From the NCBI RefSeq assembly GCF_964355755.1, contig NC_092670.1:1540201-1604200 (forward strand): a DNA stretch of 64,000 bases, written 5' to 3'. This stretch comes from Antedon mediterranea (Eukaryota > Animalia > Echinodermata). Each line of letters begins with the position of its first letter. The stretch's first letter is position 1. Positions 51,447 through 64,000 of the stretch are shown here, one piece after another. The notes under the pieces were generated by a model that saw only the letters and a list, made by a program, of their open reading frames with translations, did no database searches and was not told the origin of the DNA. A program made the position numbers and the translations under genes.

Positions 51447-51720
51447 AAAATCAAGTTCAAGTACCGTTCGGTAATACTGAGGCTACCATGTTCTTTTAAG
51501 TAGGTCTGTTTTAAGCGAGACGCTTGGCTAAATTCAATTCTGTCCATTTTTTGATGTTATGAATCCATTGTTTCTTCTGACGTCCTCTCTTCCTCTTACC
51601 TTCTACCTTTCATTCTGGTGGTACTGTATCTGCAGTTTTAGTGCACTGCCGCTTCCTCTTATGATGTGGCCAAAGTAGGATAGCTTTCTTTTCACGATCT
51701 TTCCAAGCAGTTGTCAAGTT
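51447..51720 (-). mobile_element. RTE-clade LINE 3' fragment (paralog of 50030)
   Basis: Minus strand reads LLGKIVKRKLSYFGHIIRGSG...KVEGKRKRGRQKKQWIHNI. Confidence 0.75.
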
Positions 51721-51968
51721 CCTCAATATGCTTCGGTCAATAATCAGCCAATAAATTGAGTATTAGATATAAAATCAGTAATAATTCATTCAATCATTGA
51801 AGCTTAACTAATCAATACATTTAAATTTAAATGTATAAGAGTAATACCAGAACTATGCCGAAGAGAGCCTTCAACCTGAGCCAATTATAGAGATATGCTG
51901 CAGTGAAATAAATTAACAAAAATTCTTTTAAAAATCAAATCAATTTTTATTGTTTATCTTTATTTTAG

Positions 51969-52082
51969 ATATTGATGATTGTGTTGGTAACACATGCATG
52001 AATGGTGCCACATGTATTGATGGCGTCAATTCGTTTGCATGTGTATGTGTATCAGGCTATACCGGTTCTAACTGTCAATTTA
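51969..52082 (+). CDS. EGF exon (VGNT family, copy 5)
   Basis: AG/GT, 114 bp. Confidence 0.88.
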
Positions 52083-52285
52083 GTATGTACTTATTCATTA
52101 ATTAAACCAATCAATTATAAATCTGTAAATATCACATGCAATTTAAATCCATAATTGTAAAGTTAATACTTGTATTTTGTTATTATTTGCAATGTATTGA
52201 AGTTTTGTAATCAATAATAACTCAATCACTTAAGCTGAACTAATCAATCAATCAGTAATCAATACAATCTAGTTTTCTATTTTAG

Positions 52286-52399
52286 ATATTGATGATTGTG
52301 TTGGTAACACGTGCGTGAATGGTGCAACATGCATTGATGGCGTCAATTCGTTTGCATGTTCTTGTGTACCAGGCTATACCGGTTCTAACTGTGAATTTA
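52286..52399 (+). CDS. EGF exon (VGNT family, copy 6)
   Basis: AG/GT, 114 bp; [15 protein letters not shown]. Confidence 0.88.
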
Positions 52400-52545
52400 G
52401 TATGTAGGCCTACTTATACCATTTACTTCTATCAATTAGCAATATCAATCAATGACTCTTTTAATCTCAATAATCAGTCAAGAGATTGAACTTAGTTTAA
52501 TGATTAAATGACACATTAACATTTAATAATGTATTTTACTTTCAG

Positions 52546-52659
52546 ATATTGATGAATGTGCACTATTTCCCTGTTTAAATGGCGCCACATGTTTTGATCA
52601 AGTGAACAATTATGTATGTTTATGCGCAGCAGGTTTTACGGGAGTGAACTGCCAAACAG
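52546..52659 (+). CDS. EGF exon (1 module)
   Basis: AG/GT, 114 bp; [20 protein letters not shown]. Confidence 0.9.
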
Positions 52660-52689
52660 GTATAACAATAATCATTCAGCACACAAAAA

Positions 52690-53860
52690 ATGATAACATC
52701 CGTCAGCACACAAAGAATTATGACATCACTCTGCAAACAAACAATGACAGCCGTCAACACACCAAAAACGATGACATCCGTCAACACACCAAATACGATG
52801 ACATCCGTCAACACACCAAAAACGATGACATCCGTCAGCACACAAACAAATCACATCACTCAGCAGACAAACAATTATGACATCACTCAGCAAACAAATG
52901 ACATCCGTCAGCACACCAACACCAATGGCATCCGTCAGCACACAAACAAATCACATCACTCAGCAGACAAACAATTATGACATCACTCAGCAAACAAATG
53001 ACATCCGTCAGCACACCAACAACAATGGCATCCGTCAGCACACAAACAAATCACATCACTCAGCAGACAAACAATTATGACATCACTCAGCAAAAAAATA
53101 ACATCCGTCAGCACACCAACAACAATGGCATCCGTCAGCACACAAACAAATCACATCACTCAGCAGACAAACAATTATGACATCACTCAGCAAACAAATG
53201 ACATCCGTCAGCACACCAACAACAATGGCATCCGTCAGCACACAAACAAATCACATCACTCAGCAGACAAACAATTATGACATCACTCAGCAAAAAAATG
53301 ACATCCGTCAGCACACCAACAACAATGGCATCCGTCAGCACACAAACAAATCACATCACTCAGCAGACAAACAATTATGACATCACTCAGCAAACAAATG
53401 ACATCCGTCAGCACACCAACAACAATGGCATCCGTCAGCACACAAACAAATCACATCACTCAGCAGACAAACAATTATGACATCACTCAGCAAACAAATG
53501 ACATCCGTCAGCACACCAACAACAATGGCATCCGTCAGCACACAAACAAATCACATCACTCAGCAGACAAACAATTATGACATCACTCAGCAAACAAATG
53601 ACATCCGTCAGCACACCAACAACAATGGCATCCGTCAGCACACAAACAAATCACATCACTCAGCAGACAAACAATTATGACATCACTCAGCAAACAAATG
53701 ACATCCGTCAGCACACCAACAACAATGGCATCCGTCAGCACACAAACAAATCACATCACTCAGCAGACAAACAATTATGACATCACTCAGCAGACAAACA
53801 ATTATGACACAGCACACAAAACAATAATGACATCACTCAACTCAAACACACAATGATGAC
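52690..53860. repeat. 100-bp tandem satellite, ~10 near-identical copies plus degenerate 23-27-bp subunits
   Basis: Exact 100-bp period visible in the sequence and in the ORF-track spacing. Confidence 0.95.
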
Positions 53861-54016
53861 ATGCAATTGAATAATGCCATCACTCACCATTAACAAATGG
53901 TATTATTTTATACACTGAAGGGAGACATCTACAAATTGTTTTTTTCCGTTTGGACAGGGAGGAGTGAAATTTCATTCTTCTCTGGTTTGGATTGGTTGCA
54001 CAGTGCTTAAATATAT

Positions 54017-54107
54017 GTCATAGTTACACATAGCTGGGTGGTCATAGTTACACATAGCTGGGTGGTCATAGTTACACATAGCTGGGTGGTCATAGTTACG
54101 TAGCTGA
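54017..54107. repeat. 24-bp tandem repeat, ~3.7 copies
   Basis: gtcatagttacacatagctgggtg repeated. Confidence 0.9.
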
Positions 54108-54631
54108 CGATTTCACAGCATTGGTATCCATTTTACATCTAAGTTGAGGGGAACTTTTTCCATTTTTGACAAATTGCATTATGGGTACTAATATAATATT
54201 CTTACTGCACGATTCCAGGTTAAAGTCCACCATTTATCAAAATGATATTGCACTTCCTAGTTTCAATTTTGTCTGCACATTTTATTTATCTAAGGTCATT
54301 CTTGCACACTATTTTAGATATTTAGCACGGATTTTTTTATTTTTGTTTCTTAAGTACACCTTCATTTTATATTTACATAAACTCTAAAAAGTCACCTGAT
54401 TTACTTATTTAAATAGAATCTTACACTGGCTTTACTTTTTCTTTTCTAATGTAATTCCTTATTTTCTGTTCATGGAAATATATTCTGACAGTATCGTTCA
54501 TTTGAATGTTATTAATCTTCACTTGGGTATGCATAGCTTTGTTGTTCTTCTGCCTCCACTGTGTGTCTACATTGCTTTAAGTATGCCAATTGAGACAATT
54601 TTTTCTGCATTTTGAATTCAACCATCTTCAG

Positions 54632-54745
54632 ATATAAATGAATGTGAAAACAGTCCGTGTCTGAATGGTGCTACCTGTTTTAATGTACCTGGTTCTTACC
54701 AATGTTTCTGCGTTTCTGGTTGGACAGGATCATTCTGTGAAATAG
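54632..54745 (+). CDS. EGF exon (1 module)
   Basis: AG/GT, 114 bp; [15 protein letters not shown]. Confidence 0.9.
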
Positions 54746-55079
54746 GTAATTTGTGTGTGTGATTGTACACTGTATTCCAATGTAAATTATCATTGGGTTT
54801 ATTTTACTGACACAGATGTAAGCGTAGTTTGGCTATAGTCAGTGTTTTCATTACATTTTATTCATTATAACTTCATGTATTATTCATTTAAGAGTACCAC
54901 TTTTCCTTCTTGGAGTAATCATGAATTGTTTTGTTTCATTTTTGAGGACATGAAATTAGGCTCTTTGCTCTTTTATACAACAAACTTTTATACAGCATAA
55001 TAAAGTACCTTTTTTAAATATTCCATTGTATAGAAATTATTTTTTTAATTGAATGAATGCATTAAATATTCAATTTCAG

Positions 55080-55193
55080 ACATTGATGAATGTGAAACCA
55101 TGCCTTGCTTGAATGGAGCTCCATGTACCAATTTAATAAATGGTTACAGGTGCGATTGCATCATGGGATATACTGGAACAAATTGTGAAACAG
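55080..55193 (+). CDS. EGF exon (1 module)
   Basis: AG/GT, 114 bp; [15 protein letters not shown]. Confidence 0.9.
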
Positions 55194-55519
55194 GTTAGTG
55201 AACTCTATTAAGTCGATTTCTTAAACAGTGGAAACGAATGAATTATCTGTCTGGGTTAGTTATGTCTGGACTTTCGGATTTCAATATTGTATTTGTGAGG
55301 TTTATCTTTTATTTCAATACGTCATGGAATAATGTAGGCCTAGGTCAAATAAGAAACAGTCATGGAAGTTACTAGGTGAATGATTGGACATTCATGAATA
55401 ACGATAACCATAGATTAAAGAAGAAATACTTTTGGCAACATTGGCAGAAAACAAACTTTAGAATGAATAAGAATGCCTATTATTTTACATAAACGTATTT
55501 ATTTAATTTTCTACTTTAG

Positions 55520-55633
55520 ATTTCAATGAATGTTCTTCTGCTCCGTGCCTAAATTTTGGAATGTGTACAGATCTGTTAAATGCATACACTTGTACGTGCT
55601 CAGAAGGGTACACTGGTATCAACTGTGAATCAG
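55520..55633 (+). CDS. EGF exon (1 module)
   Basis: AG/GT, 114 bp; FNECSSAPCLNFGMC. Confidence 0.9.
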
Positions 55634-55822
55634 GTAACAAATAATCTTGATACGCTAAATAATAATGATCTACGCATAGTCATGACATCATCCTTAATAA
55701 ACACAATACTATGATCTACCTACATGATTAATTTGTATGATGTTATTGTAGTTTATTACAGTATTTCTGAACTTGTATTAGTCATTATCAGAACTAATTT
55801 GTTTTAAAATATCTTAATTTAG

Positions 55823-55939
55823 AAACTGTCGAGTGCCAGTCCAACCCATGTCAAAATGGTGCCACCTGTATTGAAGTCATTGGAATGGGTTTCAGGTGTC
55901 AATGTACACCTGGATACCAAGGCGAGCTATGCGAAGAAG
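55823..55939 (+). CDS. EGF exon (1 module)
   Basis: AG/GT; [15 protein letters not shown]. Confidence 0.9.
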
Positions 55940-56462
55940 GTACACGAACCAGATACCTAGTTGTGCTTATATTGTATAATGCTTTATGTTTTACTGATGA
56001 CATTATTGCATGCCATTAGTATCATCAACTATAATTTGTAATCGAATTCATAATTTGTTTCGTGATCAACGAAGGAATAAATACAATACATGTTAACAAA
56101 CCACAAAGCTCTCTATCGTATTGCTCATAGAAATTACATATAAGACATTTGTTGATGTTATGCCACTCTGTTAATTGCTGCTTTGACTTGCTTCTTGCAT
56201 TGAACAGCCTCGTACTAGAGACCACTAATAACATTTTCTAATTACAAAATTTAAGGCCAACATTAAACATTAATGTATTTTATTACAACAATTAGAAGTG
56301 AAATAAGCGGCCACAATGTCACAGTAAGTGATAAATATACAAAAATATTCATGTTAACATCAACTTTATATTTTCTTTTATTGGCGGTGGTCTTTAATAA
56401 GAGGTATTTAATTTGAAGAAGATAGCTTCAATTTGTATGTTGCATGTTGTTTGTTGTTTTAG

Positions 56463-57602
56463 ATAAAGATGAATGTGCTACTGCACCATGCCTCAATGGA
56501 GCCACTTGCATTGATCAAATTAATGCATACCAATGTGAATGCAGTCCTGGGTTTACTGGCACAAATTGCGAAACAGAACTAGAAGAGTGCATTAGTAACC
56601 CGTGTCAAAATGGCGCAACTTGCTATGAACTTAATAGTAACGATTACATGTGCGTATGTCTTAGTGGATACACAGGTAAAGATTGCGAGATTGATACAGA
56701 CGAGTGTGCAAGTGGTCCGTGTCTGAACGGGGCTACTTGTATTGAAGGTACCGGAATGTACACCTGTGAATGTGCGTTCGGTTGGGACGGACGAAACTGC
56801 GAAGTACCAACACAGTGTTCCACTGCCACATGTTTTAATGGCGGAACATGCATCAACTTTCCCAGTGGTTATGTCTGTTTATGTGATCCGAATTTCATTG
56901 GACTAAACTGTGAAATCTCAGTGGGATGTTCCAACGTGTTGTGTGAAAACGGAGGAACATGTACCACTGATAGTACTGGTGCTGGGTACTGCACCTGTCC
57001 AAGTGGATATAGTGGTGATCGATGTGAGAACAATATCGGTGATCCGTGTGGAAGTAGTCCGTGTTTAAATGGTGCGACATGTACTGTAAACAGTAATGGA
57101 TATAGTTGTATATGTATGGTTGGATATACTGGAAATACTTGTGAGGTAAACATTGATGATTGTCAAAATTCACTATGTCAGAATGGTGCTACATGCATTG
57201 ACCAAACAAATCAATATATCTGTGCTTGTGTGTCTGGATGGACTGGAACATTTTGCGAAGTAAACATCAATGATTGTGCGTCAAATCCGTGTCAGAATGG
57301 AGGACAATGTTCTGATGGTATCAACTTTTATACCTGTACTTGTAGTCCTGGATATTCTGGAAGCGCATGTGAAACAAACATCCAGGAATGCTCAAGCATG
57401 CCATGTTTAAACAATGGTAATTGTATCGACGGTATCAATGAATACACCTGTCTGTGTCAACTTGAGTTTGCTGGAGACCGGTGCGAAACTAATGTATGTT
57501 TTGAGAATTTATGTCAAAATGGAGCCAGATGTATTGCAGTGTCTCAAGCTTTTTATCAATGCGATTGTCTTCGTGGATTTACTGGAGATTATTGTGAAGA
57601 GG
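56463..57602 (+). CDS. Large EGF exon (10 modules)
   Basis: AG/GT, 1140 bp open; KDECATAPC...GDYCEE. Confidence 0.92.
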
Positions 57603-57689
57603 GTAATATTTTTCTTTAGTTTAAGCTGTTGTATATTATTATTGCTTTTCATGTAAAAATATCATTCAGTATAATCAATAAATATATGT

Positions 57690-57990
57690 CATTGTAGCTT
57701 GCTGCTTTGCACGCATGCCTTATAATAATTATTCTACAAAAATTGAGCCGATTTGTGATATTCATACCAAATTAACACGTGGAGTAAAACGTCTAAATAT
57801 AAGAATCCCCACTACACCCTTGGTAAAATAAACTCATGGTTCAAAGTTTCAGGTGCAAAAATATGGAATAACTTACCAACTGAAAATAAATATTCACCAA
57901 TAATTACTTTAACGCTATATATCGGTTCCAATTTTTTGTGTCTAAGACAGTACCACAATGTAAATAAACAAATAAATAAATAAATAAATG
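57690..57990 (+). mobile_element. Decayed 3' end of a CR1-group LINE
   Basis: Reads FKVSGAKIWNNLPTE, followed by an (AAAT)n tail. Confidence 0.55.
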
Positions 57991-58181
57991 ATAACTAAAT
58001 AGCACAGTATTATAAGTTCAATGTTATCCTTGTGAGACAAAGAAAACACATTTCAGAAAATGGAATGGGACAGCATTTAAGAAAACCAAGTTGAACCCAA
58101 ACAATCTTTCCGATTTGCATTTAAAAAACATCAAAAAATAAAGTACCAAAACATCTGTGTTATTTAATAATTTGTTGTTAA

Positions 58182-58325
<144 letters not shown>

Positions 58326-58598
58326 TAATTTACTATGGATGTTCAAAGTCTTTTAGTTTAGGAATTGTCGTACCTATATCAATTTTTTCATATTTTGTAT
58401 TTTATACGAGAATGTTTTCCTGGCCATTGAAACTCCAATTTGTATCTATTTTAAAATTTATATTGAAGATATTCTTTGCTAAAACATGCCATAATCCATC
58501 CACGGAAAAATGTTATAGATATGACATTGATAGTAAAAACATGTCTTAAATAGTAGATAAATAATATAAAACAATACAATAAAACGTTTCTTTTTCAG

Positions 58599-58715
58599 CG
58601 CGCACACCTTGTCCCGTTGATATTTGCTTGAATGGGGCATTTTGCGAAGAACTTGCTGTTAATTCATATCGCTGCATTTGTTCGCCACAGTATACTGGAA
58701 TCCAATGTGAAATTC
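58599..58715 (+). CDS. EGF exon (1 module)
   Basis: AG/GT; TPCPVDICLNGAFC. Confidence 0.88.
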
Positions 58716-59165
58716 GTAAGTAGTATATTGTCAATGTTTTTTATTCATTTAGAAAATAATACTGGAAAAATAATCTTTTACTCAGTTTTAGTACTTGAGT
58801 TTGTCAGTTAAGCAAGCATATACGCAGAATTAAGGATTACTTTTGTTAGTCTCAGGATTAAACCGGAATCTAACACGTATTACAGAAATACTAACTAATG
58901 TAAATCATATATTTTACAGAAAAAATCCAAACATGATAGCCATTTAGTAATTCTAATAGAATATATTACATAGATCTAAAAAAAAAACAATATTGTGTTG
59001 CGTAATTAATTATTATTATCACAGTAATAAAAAACATATTCTTACAGATTTTCAAATAACATTTCGCTCAATGTTTTTTTTTACAATTATTATGGACATG
59101 ACATTTGTAATAGTCGTTTTTTAACAGTTTATTGTGTTACTCTTACAATTTATTTTGGTATATAG

Positions 59166-59963
59166 TAGAGAAGCAATGCGATTCTAGTCCATGCGCAACT
59201 GGAGAGACTTGCGTTGATGTGCCTGAAGGCTATGAATGCCAGTGCCCTGACGGTTACGAAGGGATTAATTGTGAGATCGTTTCAGACTATTGCCATGGTA
59301 ATCCATGCCAGAATTCTGGAACATGTTATGAAATAACAGAGGGATTCCTTTGTCTATGCCAAAATGGGTTTGTAGGAACGTTTTGCGAAACGAGTATAGG
59401 TCCGTGCAAAAGTTTACCTTGCTTTAATGGTGCTGTCTGTGTGGAATTACAATCAGATTTTGTTTGTCAGTGTCCTACTGGTTATGAAGGGCCAACATGT
59501 GAGATATTGGTAAATTACTGCGATAACGTGCCTTGTCAAAATAATGGGAGATGTGTACCGTGGATTGGCGGTTACACCTGCGAATGCCCTATGAACTTTG
59601 TCGGTGACAATTGTAATGTCCGAATCAACTTTTGTGATCTGACCTCCTGTGAGAATGATGCTACATGCTTTGAGTTAGATTCAGGATATGTCTGTCAGTG
59701 TCAACTAGGTTACGAAGGGGTCAATTGTGAGATGGAAACGACAACGTGCAGTAATATTGTTTGCGAGAATGGTGCAACATGTCAAAGTACAACTGAAGAT
59801 TTTCTTTGTGTATGTCCAAGTGGATACACTGGTAGACTTTGTGAGACCAAACTGCTGCTTTGTGACTCGGATCCATGTCTGAATGAAGCACAGTGCAACG
59901 AACTTACCAACAGCTATGTTTGCGTCTGTCTTCCTGGTTTTATTGGTGTACATTGCGAGACAG
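59166..59963 (+). CDS. Large EGF exon (7 modules)
   Basis: tagtag NAGNAG acceptor; 798 bp = 7 x 114; KQCDSSPC...GVHCET. Confidence 0.92.
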
Positions 59964-60519
59964 GTATAAAACTTGGTGGCGAGTTGATGTGATTCTAAAA
60001 CTTACCTACTACTACTACTACAGTACCTGAAGTGATAATGTAATAATTAAATATACACTCTGTGAATCGTATATGCACTGTATTTGTCTTCATTCATCTG
60101 TACAATTAGATGATCAAATTACTAACATTGTATTTTTTGTTTTTTTTTTTATGAATTGATAACAGTGATGTTTTATGTTATCCAATTATCATTAGTCTAC
60201 TAATTTCCATTCAGTATTTTATGCAATAACCATCACGTTGATGTTTTTCAGCACTTTTTTCTGCAGTAATGTTCCTTCCTAAACTGTAGGTTAACATTTA
60301 CGATAACAACATTATTTCAGTAATCGTTTTGATAAATTTTGTTCTACTACAATTTTCAGACTCTTAATACATATATATATCTAAGTTTATGTTGTTGTTT
60401 TATTTATACTCGAGAACTGTAAAAGTACATAAATATACACTTTTTTTGTCTTGTTTAATCTAAAACAGTTTTTTGAAATAATAACTATTTCAATTGCGTA
60501 TGTTACATTTTTGTTATAG

Positions 60520-63255
60520 AAATATTAGAATGTAATAGTAATCCTTGTTTAAATGGTGCCACATGCGTAGAAGATATAGATGGATATATTTGTACCTGTC
60601 CCAATGGGTACCAAGGAACTCAATGTGAGAAAGACATCCAGGAATGTTCTTCTAGTCCGTGTCAGAATGGAGCAACTTGTCAGGATCTTGTAGATGGATA
60701 TAATTGTAGTTGTATTCCTGGGTTTGATGGAAGAGACTGTGAACAAGATATTCAGGAATGCTCTTCTAGTCCGTGTCAGAATGGAGCAACTTGTCAGGAT
60801 CTTGTAGATGGATATAATTGTATTTGTATTCCTGGGTTTGATGGAAGAAACTGTGAACAAGATTTACAGGAATGTTCTTCTAGTCCGTGTCAGAATGGAG
60901 CAACTTGTCAGGATCTCGTAGATGGATATAATTGTAGTTGTATTCCTGGGTTTGATGGAAGAGACTGTGAACAAGATATCCAGGAATGTTCTTCTAGTCC
61001 GTGTCAGAGTGGAGCAACTTGTCAAGATCTTGTAGATGGATATAATTGTAGTTGTATTCCTGGGTTTGATGGAAGAGACTGTGAACAAGATATCCAGGAA
61101 TGTTCTTCTAGTCCATGTCAGAATGGAGCAACTTGTCAAGATCTTGTAGATGGATATAATTGTAGTTGTATTCCTGGGTTTGCTGGAAGAGACTGTGAAC
61201 AAGATATCCAGGAATGTTCTTCTAGTCCGTGTCAGAATGGAGCAACTTGTCAAGATCTTGTAGATGGATATAATTGTAGTTGTATTCCTGGGTTTGCTGG
61301 AAGAGACTGTGAACAAGATATCCAGGAATGTTCTTCTTGGCCATGTCAGAATGGAGCAACTTGTCAAGATCTGGTAGATGGGTATAATTGTAGTTGTATT
61401 CCTGGGTTTGCTGGAAGAGACTGTGAACAAGATATCCAGGAATGTTCTTCTAGTCCATGTCAGAATGGAGCAACTTGTCAAGATCTTGTAGATGGATATA
61501 ATTGTAGTTGTATTCCTGGGTTTGCTGGAAGAGACTGTGAACAAGATATCCAGGAATGTTCTTCTAGTCCGTGTCAGAATGGAGCAACTTGTCAAGATCT
61601 TGTAGATGGATATAATTGTAGTTGTATTCCTGGGTTTGCTGGAAGAGACTGTGAACAAGATATCCAGGAATGTTCTTCTTGGCCATGTCAGAATGGAGCA
61701 ACTTGTCAAGATCTGGTAGATGGGTATAATTGTAGTTGTATTCCTGGGTTTGCTGGAAGAGACTGTGAACAAGATATCCAGGAATGCTCTTCTAGTCCAT
61801 GTCAGAATGGAGCAACTTGTCAAGATCTTGTAGATGGATATAATTGTAGTTGTATTCCTGGGTTTCATGGAAGAGACTGTGAACAACATATCCAGGAATG
61901 TTCTTCTAGTCCATGTCAGAATGGAGCAACTTGTCAAGATCTTGTAGATGGATATAATTGTAGTTGTATTCCCGGGTTTCATGGAAGAGACTGTGAACAA
62001 GATATCCAGGAATGCTCTTCTAGTCCATGTCAGAATGGAGCAACTTGTCAGGATCTTGTAGATGGATATAATTGTAGTTGTATTCCTTGGTTTTATGGAA
62101 GAGACTGTGAACAAGATATCCAGGAATGTTCTTCTAGTCCATGTCAGAATGGAGCAACTTGTCAGGATCTTGTAGATGGATATAATTGTAGTTGTATTCC
62201 TGGGTTTCATGGAAGAGACTGTGAACAAGATATCCAGGAATGTTCTTCTAGTCCGTGTCAGAATGGAGCAACTTGTCAAGATCTTGTAGATGGATATAAT
62301 TGTAGTTGTATTCCTGGGTTTGCTGGAAGAGACTGTGAACAAGATATCCAGGAATGTTCTTCTTGGCCATGTCAGAATGGAGCAACTTGTCAAGATCTTG
62401 TAGATGGGTATAATTGTAGTTGTATTCCTGGGTTTGCTGGAAGAGACTGTGAACAAGATATCCAGGAATGCTCTTCTAGTCCATGTCAGAATGGAGCAAC
62501 TTGTCAAGATCTTGTAGATGGATATAATTGTAGTTGTATTCCTGGGTTTCATGGAAGAGACTGTGAACAACATATCCAGGAATGTTCTTCTAGTCCATGT
62601 CAGAATGGAGCAACTTGTCAAGATCTTGTAGATGGATATAATTGTAGTTGTATTCCCGGGTTTCATGGAAGAGACTGTGAACAAGATATCCAGGAATGCT
62701 CTTCTAGTCCATGTCAGAATGGAGCAACTTGTCAGGATCTTGTAGATGGATATAATTGTAGTTGTATTCCTGGGTTTTATGGAAGAGACTGTGAACAAGA
62801 TATCCAGGAATGTTCTTCTAGTCCATGTCAGAATGGAGCAACTTGTCAGGATCTTGTAGATGGATATAATTGTAGTTGTATTCCTGGGTTTCATGGAAGA
62901 GACTGTGAACAAGATATCCAGGAATGTTCTTCTAGTCCGTGTCAGAATGGAGCAATTTGTCAAGATCTTGTAGATGGGTATAATTGTAGTTGTATTCCTG
63001 GGTTTAAAGGAATTCACTGTGAAAGTGAGATACTGGAATGCTTCTCATCTCCTTGCAAAAATAATGGATCATGCTCAGAACAGTTAAATGGTTATGTTTG
63101 TCAGTGTGCAGCAGGTTTTTCTGGTTCCGATTGTGAGGTTAACATCCAAGAATGCTCAAGTAATCCATGTTTGAATGATGGTATATGCGTCGATGGGATC
63201 AACTCCTATATATGTCAGTGTGCAAGAGGATATACGGGAACTTACTGTGAAATTG
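60520..63255 (+). CDS. Very large EGF exon (24 modules, 21 near-identical); absent from the ORF track for lack of an in-frame start codon
   Basis: AG/GT, 2736 bp = 24 x 114; unit [38 protein letters not shown]. Confidence 0.92.
60633..63026 (+). repeat. Coding 114-bp tandem repeat, 21 copies
   Basis: gatatccaggaatgttcttctagtcc... recurs every 114 bp. Confidence 0.95.
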
Positions 63256-63409
63256 GTAATTGAAAATTTGTATACAGTAGATATATATTAGATACATTTA
63301 TATAATTATATGACAATAGATGAAACAGATGATGAAAGTAATATTTTAATAAATTTTAATAGAGTACCGTAATAGTTTCAATTTGGTAGATGTCATTTAC
63401 ATTTTCTGA

Positions 63410-63562
<153 letters not shown>

Positions 63563-64000
63563 TAGACCTACGTGTGCTGTGTTTCTTTTTTTTTTTAATA
63601 CGATTTTTTTTTTGTGGGTGGGGGTGGATGTTATTTTGTCAACCATTTTTTAAGATATTTTTTCATTTTTATTTATATACTTCTTTTTGAATGAACAATA
63701 ATGGTATAGAAAAGAAATATAAATAACCAAAGTTTAAAATAATAATTACCAAGGAAGATAGTAGATCCTGTTTCCTGTGTTTGAGAGAGTAATTTCAATC
63801 TACCGAGAATAAAAAATCAATCAAATTCAATACTTTAGTTTAACACTCAAATTTTACTTTATCAAAGCACATTTATTTCAATGACACCAGACCTTTTGAT
63901 ATGTACTATTTGATATAGCTATTGTATATTTTTATTGTGTTATTTAGTGATGGCGATAGCTTTATAATCACTGTTTGTTATCAAAATTCAATTCTTTTAA

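Noticed and set aside
52602-53780. Series of 67-aa Thr/Gln/Asn-rich ORFs suggesting a mucin-like exon
   Set aside because: The 100-bp unit is not a multiple of 3, so the frame shifts and stops every two units. It is an intronic satellite.
60549-63017. 717-aa and 103-aa minus-strand ORFs
   Set aside because: Antisense shadow of the 114-bp EGF repeat: a stop-free unit repeated in tandem stays open. The + frame has the conserved Cys pattern and splice sites.

Overview
AT-rich eukaryotic (invertebrate animal) genomic DNA. The whole window is the interior of one very large + strand, intron-rich gene. Two exons (1194-1993) encode the C-terminal part of a Reeler domain. By my manual count these are followed by 83 intact exons encoding about 147 tandem six-cysteine EGF-like modules (roughly 5,600 aa), with no start or stop codon in the window. 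Every EGF exon is a symmetric phase 1-1 cassette. The array was built by nested tandem duplications of different ages, including a near-identical 2.3-3.0 kb multi-exon unit at 34-45 kb that carries damaged exons, and 21 near-identical 114-bp modules inside one 2.7-kb exon. The introns hold a decayed CR1-group LINE with a P-like MITE nested in it, a Helentron-like element, several MITEs, RTE fragments and minisatellites. They also hold a fully foldable antisense tRNA with the normally absent Asp(ATC) anticodon. Coordinates were read by eye and no database searches were run.
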